A stretch of 64,000 bases of DNA from Candidatus Taylorbacteria bacterium RIFCSPHIGHO2_12_FULL_45_16 (GTDB lineage Bacteria > Patescibacteriota > Minisyncoccia > Phycocordibacterales > PALSA-1337): NCBI GenBank assembly GCA_001821055.1, contig MHRT01000007.1, positions 7,931 to 71,930 of the forward strand, read 5' to 3'. Shown one piece after another: positions 20,227-29,532 of the stretch. The notes beneath the pieces are model-generated. The model was not told where the DNA came from and searched no databases. It worked only from the letters and a program-made list of their open reading frames with translations. Within the stretch, counting starts at the first letter, position 1; the number at the start of each line of letters is the position of its first letter. Made by a program: the position numbers and the translations under genes.

Positions 20227-22167
20227 CTAAATACCGATGTTAACCGCTGGAGTCTGCCATGCCTCAAGTCCGAAATCAATGTTGAACTCATTAAGACCAG
20301 TTGTATCATCATCGAAGTAAACTTTTGTAATGGCGGTCGAGTGGTTTGCACCAGCTGTAGCGGTGTTATCAAGAACACCAGTGTAGAAGAATGATCTTGA
20401 TGTGCCACTTGGGATTATCCATTCGGTAGTTGAATCACCTGATCTCGTACCAGGACTAGCTGTTGTAAGAGCTTGTGTCAGTGTTGATGACGCAGCAGCG
20501 CCTACAGTTGAACTTGTAGCAAAAGCCGTATTTGGGTTCTTGGCTATATACAAGTCAGTAGTACCAAGGTTGTTGAAGGTGAAGTTAAATCCAATAGTAG
20601 CTTGTTTTGCTTTTGAAGTACCATTGTCAACAAGTACCGAAGTTGCAGGCGCGTACCCTGTTACAGGAGTAAGACTTGCAGCTGATGCTAGGAATGTAAG
20701 ATCATTCGCAGTAACAACATTCGCTCCAGAAGCTGTAACGGTTGTGAAGTTGCTGTCAATACCAACAATGTTTGTTGTGCTGACAGTAATAGTCGTAGAA
20801 GCTACTGGAACATTTGTCAAGTCTGTGACTGGCGTAATATCATCCGCATCAGCAATATCTGCCGTAAGAGTAAGGGTCTTCCATACATCTTGCGGAAGAT
20901 CAAATGTCAGATTAGAGAATACAGACGATGTGGCAACAGAATCAACTTGCACTGTCTTGCCTGCTTCGTCGGAGATATACAGCCTCTTGTACAGAGTAGA
21001 GAAGCCAGGTGATGCAAGAGGGGCACCTGTATTGTTCTGCTTCAATGTGAATGTAAGAGTGTTAATCGTAGATGATCGATTTTCTGACTTGAAATCAAAC
21101 TTACCTATGACAACGCCCGAGGTTTCACCATTCGTTGATATCTTAACAAACCCCGCAGAAGGGCTGTTTGGACTGACCCTTGCCACGATATTTGCCGTAG
21201 AACCACTTGCTGACAATGTCATCGTGCGACCAGATGTACCAGATGTGGCGACTGTGCCCAAACCGATAGAATCTGTGTATCCTTTTCCATTAACAGTTCG
21301 GATAGAACTGTTTGGAACAGAGACAATAACTGAAACGTCAGTTCCACTTACTATCTTGTCTGTCGTTGACATGACGCGACCAGAAACAACGAGGGTTCTA
21401 TCTGTCCCAGGAGTAATTACGGCATTGATGCCTTCAAATCTTACAAGGTAGTCAGATCCGACTGTAATTTCAGTTGCATCAGCAGAACCGTTGAGATTCT
21501 TCGTAGCAACAACCACACCATTGCTATCCTTCAATGTAATCACATCAAAGTAAAGCCATGGGCGAGTATTGAAACGAACATCAAAACGAGTAACTGATAC
21601 TGGACCTGCTGTTGCCTGGAGTTTTACGGCAACCATATCCTTTGTCTCACCCTTTTTGATTGTCGTATTACTTGCGTAACTAGACAGGGAAACAGTGACT
21701 GAGCCATCGGTTCCATCCATTGTGATTGGTGTACCTGGATTTGTGACAACCGTCCCAGAATTTGCCGTACATGTATAACCCAATGGGCATACTGGGGCAA
21801 CTACTGCGTTGTTGGACGTACAAGTATAACCTGCTGGACATGTAGCTGATGCTACTGTTCCACCTGCATTAACGATTGCTCTGGTCATAGGACCGAAGAA
21901 ACCGAATGAAGGGAGGTTGACTGTCCTCTGATAAGCGGCGACGGCTGCTTGGGTTTGTGAACCAAAGTAACCTGGGGTTGCGGCACCAGACTGGATAGCT
22001 GGGATGCTGAAACCTTTACTAATTAGCCAATTCTGGAGAACGACAACACTATCACCTGTTGAACCAACTGAAAGATTGGTATTGAATGTATTGTTCAATG
22101 ATTGTGCGGCTACAAACGAGGTGATTGCCAGAACAGCTACACCTGAAGCGATAAGTAACTTTTTCAT
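20227..22167 (-). CDS. Large secreted surface protein with an N-terminal peptidoglycan-binding domain and a long Thr/Ser/Val-rich beta region
   Basis: Signal peptide MKKLLIASGVAVLAITSFVAAQS. PG-binding-like motif LSVGSTGDSVVVLQNWLISKGF...GYFGSQTQAAVAAYQ. Confidence 0.65.
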   Translation of the reverse strand: MKKLLIASGVAVLAITSFVAAQSLNNTFNTNLSVGSTGDSVVVLQNWLISKGFSIPAIQSGAATPGYFGSQTQAAVAAYQRTVNLPSFGFFGPMTRAIVNAGGTVASATCPAGYTCTSNNAVVAPVCPLGYTCTANSGTVVTNPGTPITMDGTDGSVTVSLSSYASNTTIKKGETKDMVAVKLQATAGPVSVTRFDVRFNTRPWLYFDVITLKDSNGVVVATKNLNGSADATEITVGSDYLVRFEGINAVITPGTDRTLVVSGRVMSTTDKIVSGTDVSVIVSVPNSSIRTVNGKGYTDSIGLGTVATSGTSGRTMTLSASGSTANIVARVSPNSPSAGFVKISTNGETSGVVIGKFDFKSENRSSTINTLTFTLKQNNTGAPLASPGFSTLYKRLYISDEAGKTVQVDSVATSSVFSNLTFDLPQDVWKTLTLTADIADADDITPVTDLTNVPVASTTITVSTTNIVGIDSNFTTVTASGANVVTANDLTFLASAASLTPVTGYAPATSVLVDNGTSKAKQATIGFNFTFNNLGTTDLYIAKNPNTAFATSSTVGAAASSTLTQALTTASPGTRSGDSTTEWIIPSGTSRSFFYTGVLDNTATAGANHSTAITKVYFDDDTTGLNEFNIDFGLEAWQTPAVNIGI

Positions 22168-22548
22168 ATTTTATAATTTAACGCAGCTTCCCAATTTTAC
22201 TAATAAAGATGAGGGAATTACCACGGTTTGTAAACTGATTAATAATACGTTTCCACATTTTTCGCCTGCGCTATCGACACGCAAACAAAAAACTTTGTGG
22301 CTAGAACCCCTCTGCACTATAAATTATTATAATGACATTGGGAACGAATGTACAAAAGCAAAGCTTTCACACACTCGTTACAAGGCATTATACATTACAA
22401 TAAAGATCTTTTGCAAATACTATGTGGATAACCCGCACTACTATTACAGTACGGTATAGATTACCTAAAATAGGCCTGAAAGTCAAGGAAAATAGATCAA
22501 GTGTAGTAGATTTATCCCACCCTCGTCCCTCGGGAGTGACATTTTGGA

Positions 22549-23337
22549 CTATTTGAGCGAATATCTACTCCAACGACGTTCCCCTTCCCTTTTAACAACT
22601 CCACGGTCAACCAATTCTATAAGCTCACGTTGTATCGTCTTCTCACTACAGTCCTTTATCACTTTAGAAAAGTCCTTAATAGTTAGATTGGATTGGCTTT
22701 TAAGAACGATAATTATTGAATTTTGTCTTTGAGATTTCTTGGCTTGAATATTTGAATGTCCTTGTGAGAAGCTCGTATCTTTTGATTTTGGATTACTGGT
22801 TATTGGATTTTGTCCATTGGAATTGATGGAATAATTTTGATCTATGGTCTTATTACCCATCTTAAATCCAGAACTAAACAAATCCGGTGTCTTAAAGAAA
22901 CTCTCAGAAAGAACATAGCCAGCGTTTTCCGCGCTCTGCGCCAAACGATCACGCAACATGCCAACAATGTTATCTATCTCCCGCACCAACAGTGAGTGAT
23001 TCATCTCTGTAATAAGGTTGGAAATACGAGCTACATTAAGTAAAGAGATTGTTTCGAGCGCCGCAGTGAAAAGCGATTGGATTATACCACTCTTGTCGCC
23101 CGGAGCGTTACTCGAAGCCATAAAGGACGAAGACATCAACCCCATGCCATGATCACGCAATTCCCATTTCATCGGTTCATCGTCCTTGAGAAGGCCAGAG
23201 ACAAGATAAATGCCAGCAGTTATCTTTTCTGTTTTTTTGAAAATATAAAGCAAATAGTCCTCAGCCGAGAAAAAACCAAGTGATTTCCACTTTAGTGAGT
23301 CATTTACATCACCTTGATTATAATCTTTTTTGTCCAT
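22549..23337 (-). CDS. Hypothetical protein with a C-terminal winged-helix DNA-binding-like segment
   Basis: C-terminus ...KDFSKVIKDCSEKTIQRELIELVDRGVVKREGERRWSRYSLK. Divergent from ftsK. Confidence 0.45.
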   Translation of the reverse strand: MDKKDYNQGDVNDSLKWKSLGFFSAEDYLLYIFKKTEKITAGIYLVSGLLKDDEPMKWELRDHGMGLMSSSFMASSNAPGDKSGIIQSLFTAALETISLLNVARISNLITEMNHSLLVREIDNIVGMLRDRLAQSAENAGYVLSESFFKTPDLFSSGFKMGNKTIDQNYSINSNGQNPITSNPKSKDTSFSQGHSNIQAKKSQRQNSIIIVLKSQSNLTIKDFSKVIKDCSEKTIQRELIELVDRGVVKREGERRWSRYSLK

Positions 23338-23524
23338 ACTTTTTGTCTATAAGAAAGTCCTTAAACTGTCCTCTATAAAAATATCTTGTCTTTTACAAAA
23401 ATCCGTGTTTTCTTGTGTCTTTGATGTGTCCATTATAATCCAAAAGAAAAAGAGCGCAAGGGTATGGCAAATGTACTATGATTTGATTTTAAGTTTTTGG
23501 ACACAAATATGATACAATAAACCT

Positions 23525-25846
23525 ATGTCAAAGAGAAAAAAAGATCTCGGAAAAAAGTCCACTTTTTTGAGTGATATGAAAGATGAAACAATCCGGACAA
23601 TTCTAGCCCTTCTTTCTTTCCTGATAGTGATACTTTCCCTATTGGCGGCATTTGGCAAGGCCGGCTTTGGTAACTATGTCTACACATTCTTTATGCGATT
23701 TTTCGGAGTCGGCTACTATTTGATACCGATCGGTTTTACCATGCTTGGTATCTCGTTTCTCCAGGGTGCCACAAAACGGGTAGAGGGCACCAAGATCGTC
23801 GGGATGATTTTTTTCTTTGCCTCCAGTCTCAGCTTGATTCATATCACCTATGCGGAAGCCGGCGGAGTTGTCGGTCGTTGGATCGCTTCGCCCCTGGTAC
23901 GACTCCTGGATGCTTGGGCGGCGGTGACACTTCTCACAGTGATCTTCATCGTTTCTATTATAATGACTTTCAACTTACATATCACTCTGAAACAACTTAT
24001 GTTTTGGAAATGGTTCAAGAAAGCCGGCAACGCCGACACGGAAGGCTTTTTGCAGAAAAAATCCGGCAAAATGGACAAGACCGAAGAAGGCCGCGTAGAT
24101 GCCGCGTTAGCCTCTATTGGAGAGAACGGACCGATCAGCAATCTCGAGAGAGAAGCGATGGAACGAGCTGCCGCTGAACAAAAAAGACGAGAGGACGAAA
24201 AGACCGTGAAGATGGCTTCACGAAAATCCGGCGACTTATCATTTTCCTATGAAGACGACGCTGGATTCGTCGCTCCCATATCCACCGCGTACCTAAAAGA
24301 TTTTACTCCGCCACCGCTTTCGCTTCTCGAAAAAGACAAAGGCAAGCCGGAAACCGGCGACATAAAAGCCAACGCCAACATCATCAAACGAACTCTGCAA
24401 AACTTCAATATCACAGTAGAAATGGACGAGATTTCCATCGGCCCATCGGTTACCCGTTACGCCTTGAAGCCGGCGGAAGGCGTAAAATTGTCCAGAATCG
24501 TCACGCTCAATAACGACTTGGCTCTCGCTCTTGCTGCTCACCCTATCCGTATCGAGGCACCAATACCTGGAAAATCATTGGTCGGCATTGAAGTTCCGAA
24601 TACCGCCAAGACTATGGTCGGCCTAGCGACTCTACTAAGCGCGCATGAATATCAAGATTCAGAAAAACCCTTACTCATGTCACTCGGCAAAGACATTGCC
24701 GGCAAAGCCCATTTCACCAATCTCGCCAAAGCTCCACATACCCTCATCGCTGGTGCGACCGGTTCGGGTAAGTCCGTGACTATTCACGCCCTCATCACTT
24801 CCCTTCTATACCGCAATTCTCCGGAAGATTTGAAATTCATCATGATTGATCCAAAGCGTGTTGAATTGACTATGTATAACAAGATTCCTCATTTGCTCAC
24901 ACCAGTCATTACCGACCCGAAGAAAGCCATCTTGGCTTTGAAGTGGGCAACAAAAGAAATGAGCCGCCGTTATGATGTACTCGAAAAGAACGGCAGTCGC
25001 GACATTGATTCATACCACAAAAATATCTTGGCGCCGGCGGTAGCAACCTGGAAACTTCAGGGAGGTCGGACCTCAAGGTCCGACCTCCCTGAAACCATGC
25101 CTTATATTGCCATCATCATCGACGAGTTGGCGGACATTATGTCTACTTATCCACGAGAATTGGAATCCGCTATCGTTCGCCTAGCGCAAATGAGTCGCGC
25201 TATTGGCATCCATTTGATTATCTCCACTCAACGCCCAAGCGTAAATGTCATTACGGGCCTCATCAAAGCCAACATTCCCACCCGTATCGCCCTCCAAGTG
25301 GCCTCACAAATCGATTCACGCACCATCCTTGACCAACAGGGCGCCGAAAAACTCCTCGGTGCGGGCGATATGCTTTATCTTGGCGGTGAGATGTCCAAAC
25401 CGGTTCGTCTGCAATCCGCGTTTATCACCGAATCAGAAGTTAAGAAAGTTGTGAAGTATTTGATTGATCAATACAAAGACGAAATCGGCGGTGAAATAAA
25501 TCTTACGCCGATCGAGACAGGTTCGAGTGCCGCGTTTGACGTCATGATGGACGATAATTCTCTTGAAGAGGAAGATGAATTGTACGAAACGGCTCGTGAA
25601 GAAGTCACTTCAAGCGGCAAAGCTTCAACTTCATATCTGCAAAGAAAGTTGGGTGTTGGTTATTCTCGCGCAGCCAAATTGATGGACATGTTGGAGGAGC
25701 ACGGAATCATCGGACCAGCAAATGGATCTAAGCCAAGAGATGTGATAGGGGTTGGTGCGGGAATGGAACGAGAAGTACCGGATGATACTCCACCATCAGA
25801 AGACAATTTATCCGCTGATTCCACAAAGGAACAATCTAACAATTAA
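23525..25846 (+). CDS. ftsK: DNA translocase FtsK/SpoIIIE
   Basis: N-terminal TM helices, Walker A motif AGATGSGKSV, and a C-terminal gamma-like domain ...TSYLQRKLGVGYSRAAKLMDMLEEHGIIGP. Confidence 0.9.
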   Translation: MSKRKKDLGKKSTFLSDMKDETIRTILALLSFLIVILSLLAAFGKAGFGNYVYTFFMRFFGVGYYLIPIGFTMLGISFLQGATKRVEGTKIVGMIFFFASSLSLIHITYAEAGGVVGRWIASPLVRLLDAWAAVTLLTVIFIVSIIMTFNLHITLKQLMFWKWFKKAGNADTEGFLQKKSGKMDKTEEGRVDAALASIGENGPISNLEREAMERAAAEQKRREDEKTVKMASRKSGDLSFSYEDDAGFVAPISTAYLKDFTPPPLSLLEKDKGKPETGDIKANANIIKRTLQNFNITVEMDEISIGPSVTRYALKPAEGVKLSRIVTLNNDLALALAAHPIRIEAPIPGKSLVGIEVPNTAKTMVGLATLLSAHEYQDSEKPLLMSLGKDIAGKAHFTNLAKAPHTLIAGATGSGKSVTIHALITSLLYRNSPEDLKFIMIDPKRVELTMYNKIPHLLTPVITDPKKAILALKWATKEMSRRYDVLEKNGSRDIDSYHKNILAPAVATWKLQGGRTSRSDLPETMPYIAIIIDELADIMSTYPRELESAIVRLAQMSRAIGIHLIISTQRPSVNVITGLIKANIPTRIALQVASQIDSRTILDQQGAEKLLGAGDMLYLGGEMSKPVRLQSAFITESEVKKVVKYLIDQYKDEIGGEINLTPIETGSSAAFDVMMDDNSLEEEDELYETAREEVTSSGKASTSYLQRKLGVGYSRAAKLMDMLEEHGIIGPANGSKPRDVIGVGAGMEREVPDDTPPSEDNLSADSTKEQSNN

Positions 25847-25887
25847 AAATAGCTAGAGTTGTTCAATGGTTTAATAATCAAATTACA

Positions 25888-26244
25888 ATGCCCCTCACTC
25901 GTACCGCTTTCATCCGCGTACTCAAAATCGGATTCGCAATCCTCGTCATGTTTATTATTGCGGCCTATGCCCTGTGGCGTTCATTCGCCTACGCCCGTGG
26001 ACCAAATATCATTATCTTGGGACCAGCCAATTACGCGTCAATAAATTCAACTACGACGAACATCACCGGTCGGATTGAACGCGCCAATATGATCACACTC
26101 AACGGCAAAGCCATCACAATAGATGAACAGGGAAATTTTAATGAAACAATCATTGTTTTTGTCGGTACGAACATTTTGACTCTTGAAGCGCGTGATCAGT
26201 TTGACAGAACAGCGTGGAAACAGATTCAAATAGTACGGCCTTAG
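25888..26244 (+). CDS. Small membrane-anchored hypothetical protein
   Basis: Single TM helix IGFAILVMFIIAAYALW. No motif. Confidence 0.35.
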   Translation: MPLTRTAFIRVLKIGFAILVMFIIAAYALWRSFAYARGPNIIILGPANYASINSTTTNITGRIERANMITLNGKAITIDEQGNFNETIIVFVGTNILTLEARDQFDRTAWKQIQIVRP

Positions 26245-26334
26245 GGAAATGGCGCGAAACGTATAACTCTTGAATTTATAATATGCTACAATTATCCCAC
26301 GCCTGCGATTTATCAGATCTAACAAATTGAATTT

Positions 26335-27453
26335 ATGTCCATAAAGAAAAAAACTGCTTCCGCTCTAGAGGCGAAGCATGGGAAAAATGGCGTGCCCGCG
26401 GAAACCTCTTCCCTATCAGAAGAAAACTCATCAGAAATAGGAAATAAAGCCAGCGACACGGCTGGCGACAAAAAAAGATCTATCGGCATCTCCGACGCCC
26501 TTGATGCTATCCGCACAAAATTCGGCGAGGACAGCATCATGAAGCTTGGTGAAAAACCAAAGGTCAATGTCAACGCCATACCCACCGGTTCGCTCGGACT
26601 TGATTGGGCGCTGGGCATCGGCGGTATGCCTCGTGGCCGCGTCATAGAAATATTCGGCCCGGAATCATCCGGCAAGACCACCCTCGCCCTGCATGTTGTC
26701 GCTGAAGCACAGAAGAAAAATGGTGTTTGCGCATATATAGATGCAGAACACGCCATGGATCCAGAATACGCCACCAAGCTTGGAGTTAAAATCAACGACC
26801 TGTTGATTTCCCAACCCGATACCGGTGAGCAAGCCCTGGAGATCGTAGACAGCCTCATTCGTACAAACAAGATGGATGTCATCGTCATTGACTCGGTGGC
26901 CGCCCTGACTCCGCGCGCAGAGATTGAGGGCGACATGGGCGCGCATCATGTCGGCGCTCAAGCCCGCCTGATGTCCCAAGCTCTGCGCAAACTGACCGCC
27001 ATCGTCGCCAAGTCCAAGACTGTCGTCATATTCATCAACCAGATCCGCATGCAGATCGGAGTCATGTTCGGCAATCCCGAGACTACTCCAGGCGGCAAGG
27101 CCTTGAAGTTCTACGCCTCTGTCCGCCTCGACATCCGTCGCATCGCCCAGATCAAGAAAGGCGAAGAGGTCATGGGCGGTCGCTGTCGCGTAAAGGTCGT
27201 GAAGAACAAAGTCGCCGCACCATTCAAACAGACTGAGTTCGACCTCATGTACAACGAGGGTATTTCCCAGGAAGGTGAGATCATCGCTCTTGGCGAGAAA
27301 TATGGGATTTTATCCAAGTCCGGTTCGTCATACTCATTCGGCGAGGTAAAACTTGGCCGCGGGTATGATGCGACAAGACAATTCCTCAAAGAAAATGTGA
27401 AAGTGAAGAATGATGTGCTGAAAGTGATCAGAGAGAAGTTGGGTCAGCAGTAG
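26335..27453 (+). CDS. recA: Recombinase RecA, with a ~40-aa Lys/Ser-rich N-terminal extension
   Basis: Walker [10 protein letters not shown] plus ...[18 protein letters not shown]...[20 protein letters not shown]. Confidence 0.95.
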   Translation: MSIKKKTASALEAKHGKNGVPAETSSLSEENSSEIGNKASDTAGDKKRSIGISDALDAIRTKFGEDSIMKLGEKPKVNVNAIPTGSLGLDWALGIGGMPRGRVIEIFGPESSGKTTLALHVVAEAQKKNGVCAYIDAEHAMDPEYATKLGVKINDLLISQPDTGEQALEIVDSLIRTNKMDVIVIDSVAALTPRAEIEGDMGAHHVGAQARLMSQALRKLTAIVAKSKTVVIFINQIRMQIGVMFGNPETTPGGKALKFYASVRLDIRRIAQIKKGEEVMGGRCRVKVVKNKVAAPFKQTEFDLMYNEGISQEGEIIALGEKYGILSKSGSSYSFGEVKLGRGYDATRQFLKENVKVKNDVLKVIREKLGQQ

Positions 27454-27519
27454 AAGTAAGTCCGACTATTCGACAAAGAAACTACCGGGCCATTATCAAA
27501 ATAATAACTTGTAAACATC

Positions 27520-27795
27520 ATGAATAGTGATATCATTTTAGGCATGGGAAAGTATACCTATGTCGCGAAAATCGAAGAAGCAGAGGAAGGTGGATATATA
27601 GCTTATTTCCCTTCTTTGCCTGGTTGTCATACCCAAGGCGAAACATTGGAAGAGGTCCTCGCTATGGCAAAAGAGGTTCTTGAACTGTATCTTAGTGTTC
27701 TGAAGGATGATGGCGAAACCATTCCGAAAGAAAAGAAGTCTCTTATTAGAATGGGTCGAAAAATGAACATTCCATTGAGCGTATCTGTCGCTTGA
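27520..27795 (+). CDS. hicB: HicB-family antitoxin
   Basis: YVAKIEEAEEGGYIAYFPSLPGCHTQGETLEEVLAMAKEVLELYL. Confidence 0.7.
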   Translation: MNSDIILGMGKYTYVAKIEEAEEGGYIAYFPSLPGCHTQGETLEEVLAMAKEVLELYLSVLKDDGETIPKEKKSLIRMGRKMNIPLSVSVA

Positions 27796-27808
27796 TGCAA
27801 CTTGTCAA

Positions 27809-28018
27809 ATGATCCCTCCCAAAAGGCTCATTCGAGCCCTGAAGAAGGCCGGCTTCGTAATCATTCGCCAGAAAGGAAGCCATGTAGCAATGAAAAATAT
27901 TGAGAACGGTTTGACTACATCTGTCCCTCAACATCCAGGTAATCTGAAAAAGGGTCTGTTCAAAGCAATTCTGAAGCAAGCCAATATAACAGAAGATGAG
28001 CTCCGGAAATTGCTATAA
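27809..28018 (+). CDS. hicA: HicA-family toxin (YcfA-like mRNA interferase)
   Basis: LIRALKKAGFVIIRQKGSHVAMKN...TTSVPQHPGNLKKGLFKAILKQANIT. Confidence 0.7.
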   Translation: MIPPKRLIRALKKAGFVIIRQKGSHVAMKNIENGLTTSVPQHPGNLKKGLFKAILKQANITEDELRKLL

Positions 28019-28028
28019 AAAGTACTAC

Positions 28029-28053
28029 AAAACTCCGCCTAGGCGGAGTTTTG
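28029..28053 (+). terminator. Bidirectional rho-independent terminator (AAAACTCCGCC-TA-GGCGGAGTTTT)
   Basis: Perfect hairpin flanked by A/T runs after hicA. Confidence 0.7.
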
Positions 28054-28063
28054 TTTGTCGGGA

Positions 28064-28342
28064 TTACCACCCTCTCCAATAACATGTTGGGCATTCCCAA
28101 TATTCAACGTGACCGTAAGGCTTTGGATCCTTTTTCATGACTTGAATTTCCCAATCACCTATCATAGATGTCCGCGTCCCAAATTTCGACACTCTGGCCC
28201 ATTCCTTCTTTGTGATAAGGGGCGCCTCGCCGAAATAGTGACCACCTCTATAGGAATGATCCTTATACATGATTAAGTTTATTTGCTTGCCACAAACAGA
28301 GCATTTCTTTATTGTACGTTTTTTAATATTGATATTAGCCAT
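28064..28342 (-). CDS. Small zinc-ribbon protein (CxxC...CPxC), 92 aa; start moved to MANINIKK
   Basis: CSVCGK...CPTCYW. The longer track ORF (to 28705) overlaps a better-supported plus-strand gene, so its extension is taken as spurious. Confidence 0.45.
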   Translation of the reverse strand: MANINIKKRTIKKCSVCGKQINLIMYKDHSYRGGHYFGEAPLITKKEWARVSKFGTRTSMIGDWEIQVMKKDPKPYGHVEYWECPTCYWRGW

Positions 28343-28538
28343 ATACCCATAGTATACTATAGTTAGCATAAGAAAACGATACAAAAATAAAAAGCGAAGT
28401 TGCGCGCTCTGCCATCCCAACAAAACTAGCCACTGTTGTCGCTGGAAGGAAAAGGATTTGGCACGGTTGAAGGAGTTTGAGCGGGAGAGAATGGCTTTGT
28501 TATGTTGAGAGGGTCTCAAGTCTGAATGGAGTAACTGG

Positions 28539-28567
28539 TTGACTTTATTTGTATGACAAGGTAATTT
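28539..28567 (+). promoter_or_regulatory. Sigma70-like promoter (TTGACT-17-TAATTT) for the 80-aa ORF
   Basis: Followed by the RBS GGAGAAAGG and an ATG at 28602. Confidence 0.45.
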
Positions 28568-28601
28568 TACTTCAAATAAGTAACCAGGAGAAAGGACTAG
28601 A

Positions 28602-28844
28602 ATGTACCCTGACCCAGTTTGTGGTATTGAAAATATTTCGGTTCCAACCGGAACAGTAATTGAGGTTGCAGGCTTCAAACCATTTGTGGTTGAGCATGAC
28701 TCCACAACACATCAAGTTTTGTTGGATTTTTTCAGAAGGCAGCACCCCACATCCGACGCAACAGACGACGTAGTACTCCGTTGTCTTGGCGAGATGGAGA
28801 AAACTCCGGAAAAACGAACATTTTCTCACTCATTCTATTACTGA
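28602..28844 (+). CDS. Small hypothetical protein (80 aa) with its own promoter, RBS and terminator
   Basis: RBS ggagaaagg 8 nt before the ATG. The terminator at 28866-28900 follows. Confidence 0.4.
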   Translation: MYPDPVCGIENISVPTGTVIEVAGFKPFVVEHDSTTHQVLLDFFRRQHPTSDATDDVVLRCLGEMEKTPEKRTFSHSFYY

Positions 28845-28865
28845 TGCCGACGAGGCACAAAACCA

Positions 28866-28900
28866 ACTGAGGGTCCCGAGCTGACCTCAGTTTTTTATTT
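28866..28900 (+). terminator. Rho-independent terminator (CTGAGGGTC...GACCTCAG + T-run)
   Basis: Hairpin followed by TTTTTTATTTTTTT. Confidence 0.65.
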
Positions 28901-28953
28901 TTTTGCATTTTCCCCCAAAACCCTATAGAATGCCAACCTAATCACAAACACCC

Positions 28954-29526
28954 ATGTCCCTCCTCGAATACAGCGAAATTACCGAAAAGAAATTCATCGT
29001 CATGGACGGGGCGCCATTTGAGGTCATTTCGGCCCACGTCTTCCGAAAACAGCAGCGCAAGCCGGTCAATGCCACCAAGCTGAAAAATCTGATCACCGGC
29101 AAGGTCACCGAGTATTCATTCCATGTGTCCGACAAGGTCGAAGAGGCAGAAATCGAGTCCCGCGAGGTCAAATACCTCTATAACGCCAAGGGCGAATGGT
29201 GGTTCTGCGAAGCCGAAGATCCAGCGAAGCGTTTCAAGTTCACCGCTGAGCAAGCCGGTCCTCAAGCCAAATTCCTCAAGCCTAATACCATCGTCGAACA
29301 ACTTCTATTCAATGAGCTCCCTATGGGCTTCAAAATGCCTATTACCGCCGAATTACGCGTTACCGAGGCGCCTCCTGGCATCAAAGGCGACACCGCCACT
29401 GGTGGCCAGAAAGTCATCACCCTCGAAACTGGCGCCACCATCAACGCTCCCCTGTTCGTCAATGAAGGAGAGATCATTCGAATAAATACCGACACCGGCG
29501 AATACCGCGAGCGCGTCGGAAAATAA
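28954..29526 (+). CDS. efp: Translation elongation factor P
   Basis: Three OB-domain architecture ...KLKNLITGKVTEYSF...GEWWFCEAEDPAKRFKFTAEQ...ELRVTEAPPGIKGDTATGGQKVITLETGATINAPLFVNEGEIIRINTDTGEYRERV. Confidence 0.9.
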   Translation: MSLLEYSEITEKKFIVMDGAPFEVISAHVFRKQQRKPVNATKLKNLITGKVTEYSFHVSDKVEEAEIESREVKYLYNAKGEWWFCEAEDPAKRFKFTAEQAGPQAKFLKPNTIVEQLLFNELPMGFKMPITAELRVTEAPPGIKGDTATGGQKVITLETGATINAPLFVNEGEIIRINTDTGEYRERVGK

Positions 29527-29532
29527 TTCAAC

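Noticed and set aside
26319-26979. Antisense ORFs overlapping recA (26319-26936, 26665-26979) and similar long antisense frames (20402-21451 over the surface-protein gene, 12380-13092 over the membrane-protein gene, 47558-48190 over argS)
   Set aside because: Each is fully contained in a well-supported gene on the other strand and has no motifs. These are typical shadow ORFs.
28064-28705. 213-aa minus-strand ORF as annotated in the track
   Set aside because: Only the C-terminal 92 aa (from MANINIKK, 28064-28342) look like a coherent zinc-ribbon protein with its own promoter-like site. The upstream extension overlaps the better-supported plus-strand 80-aa gene (promoter, RBS, terminator).
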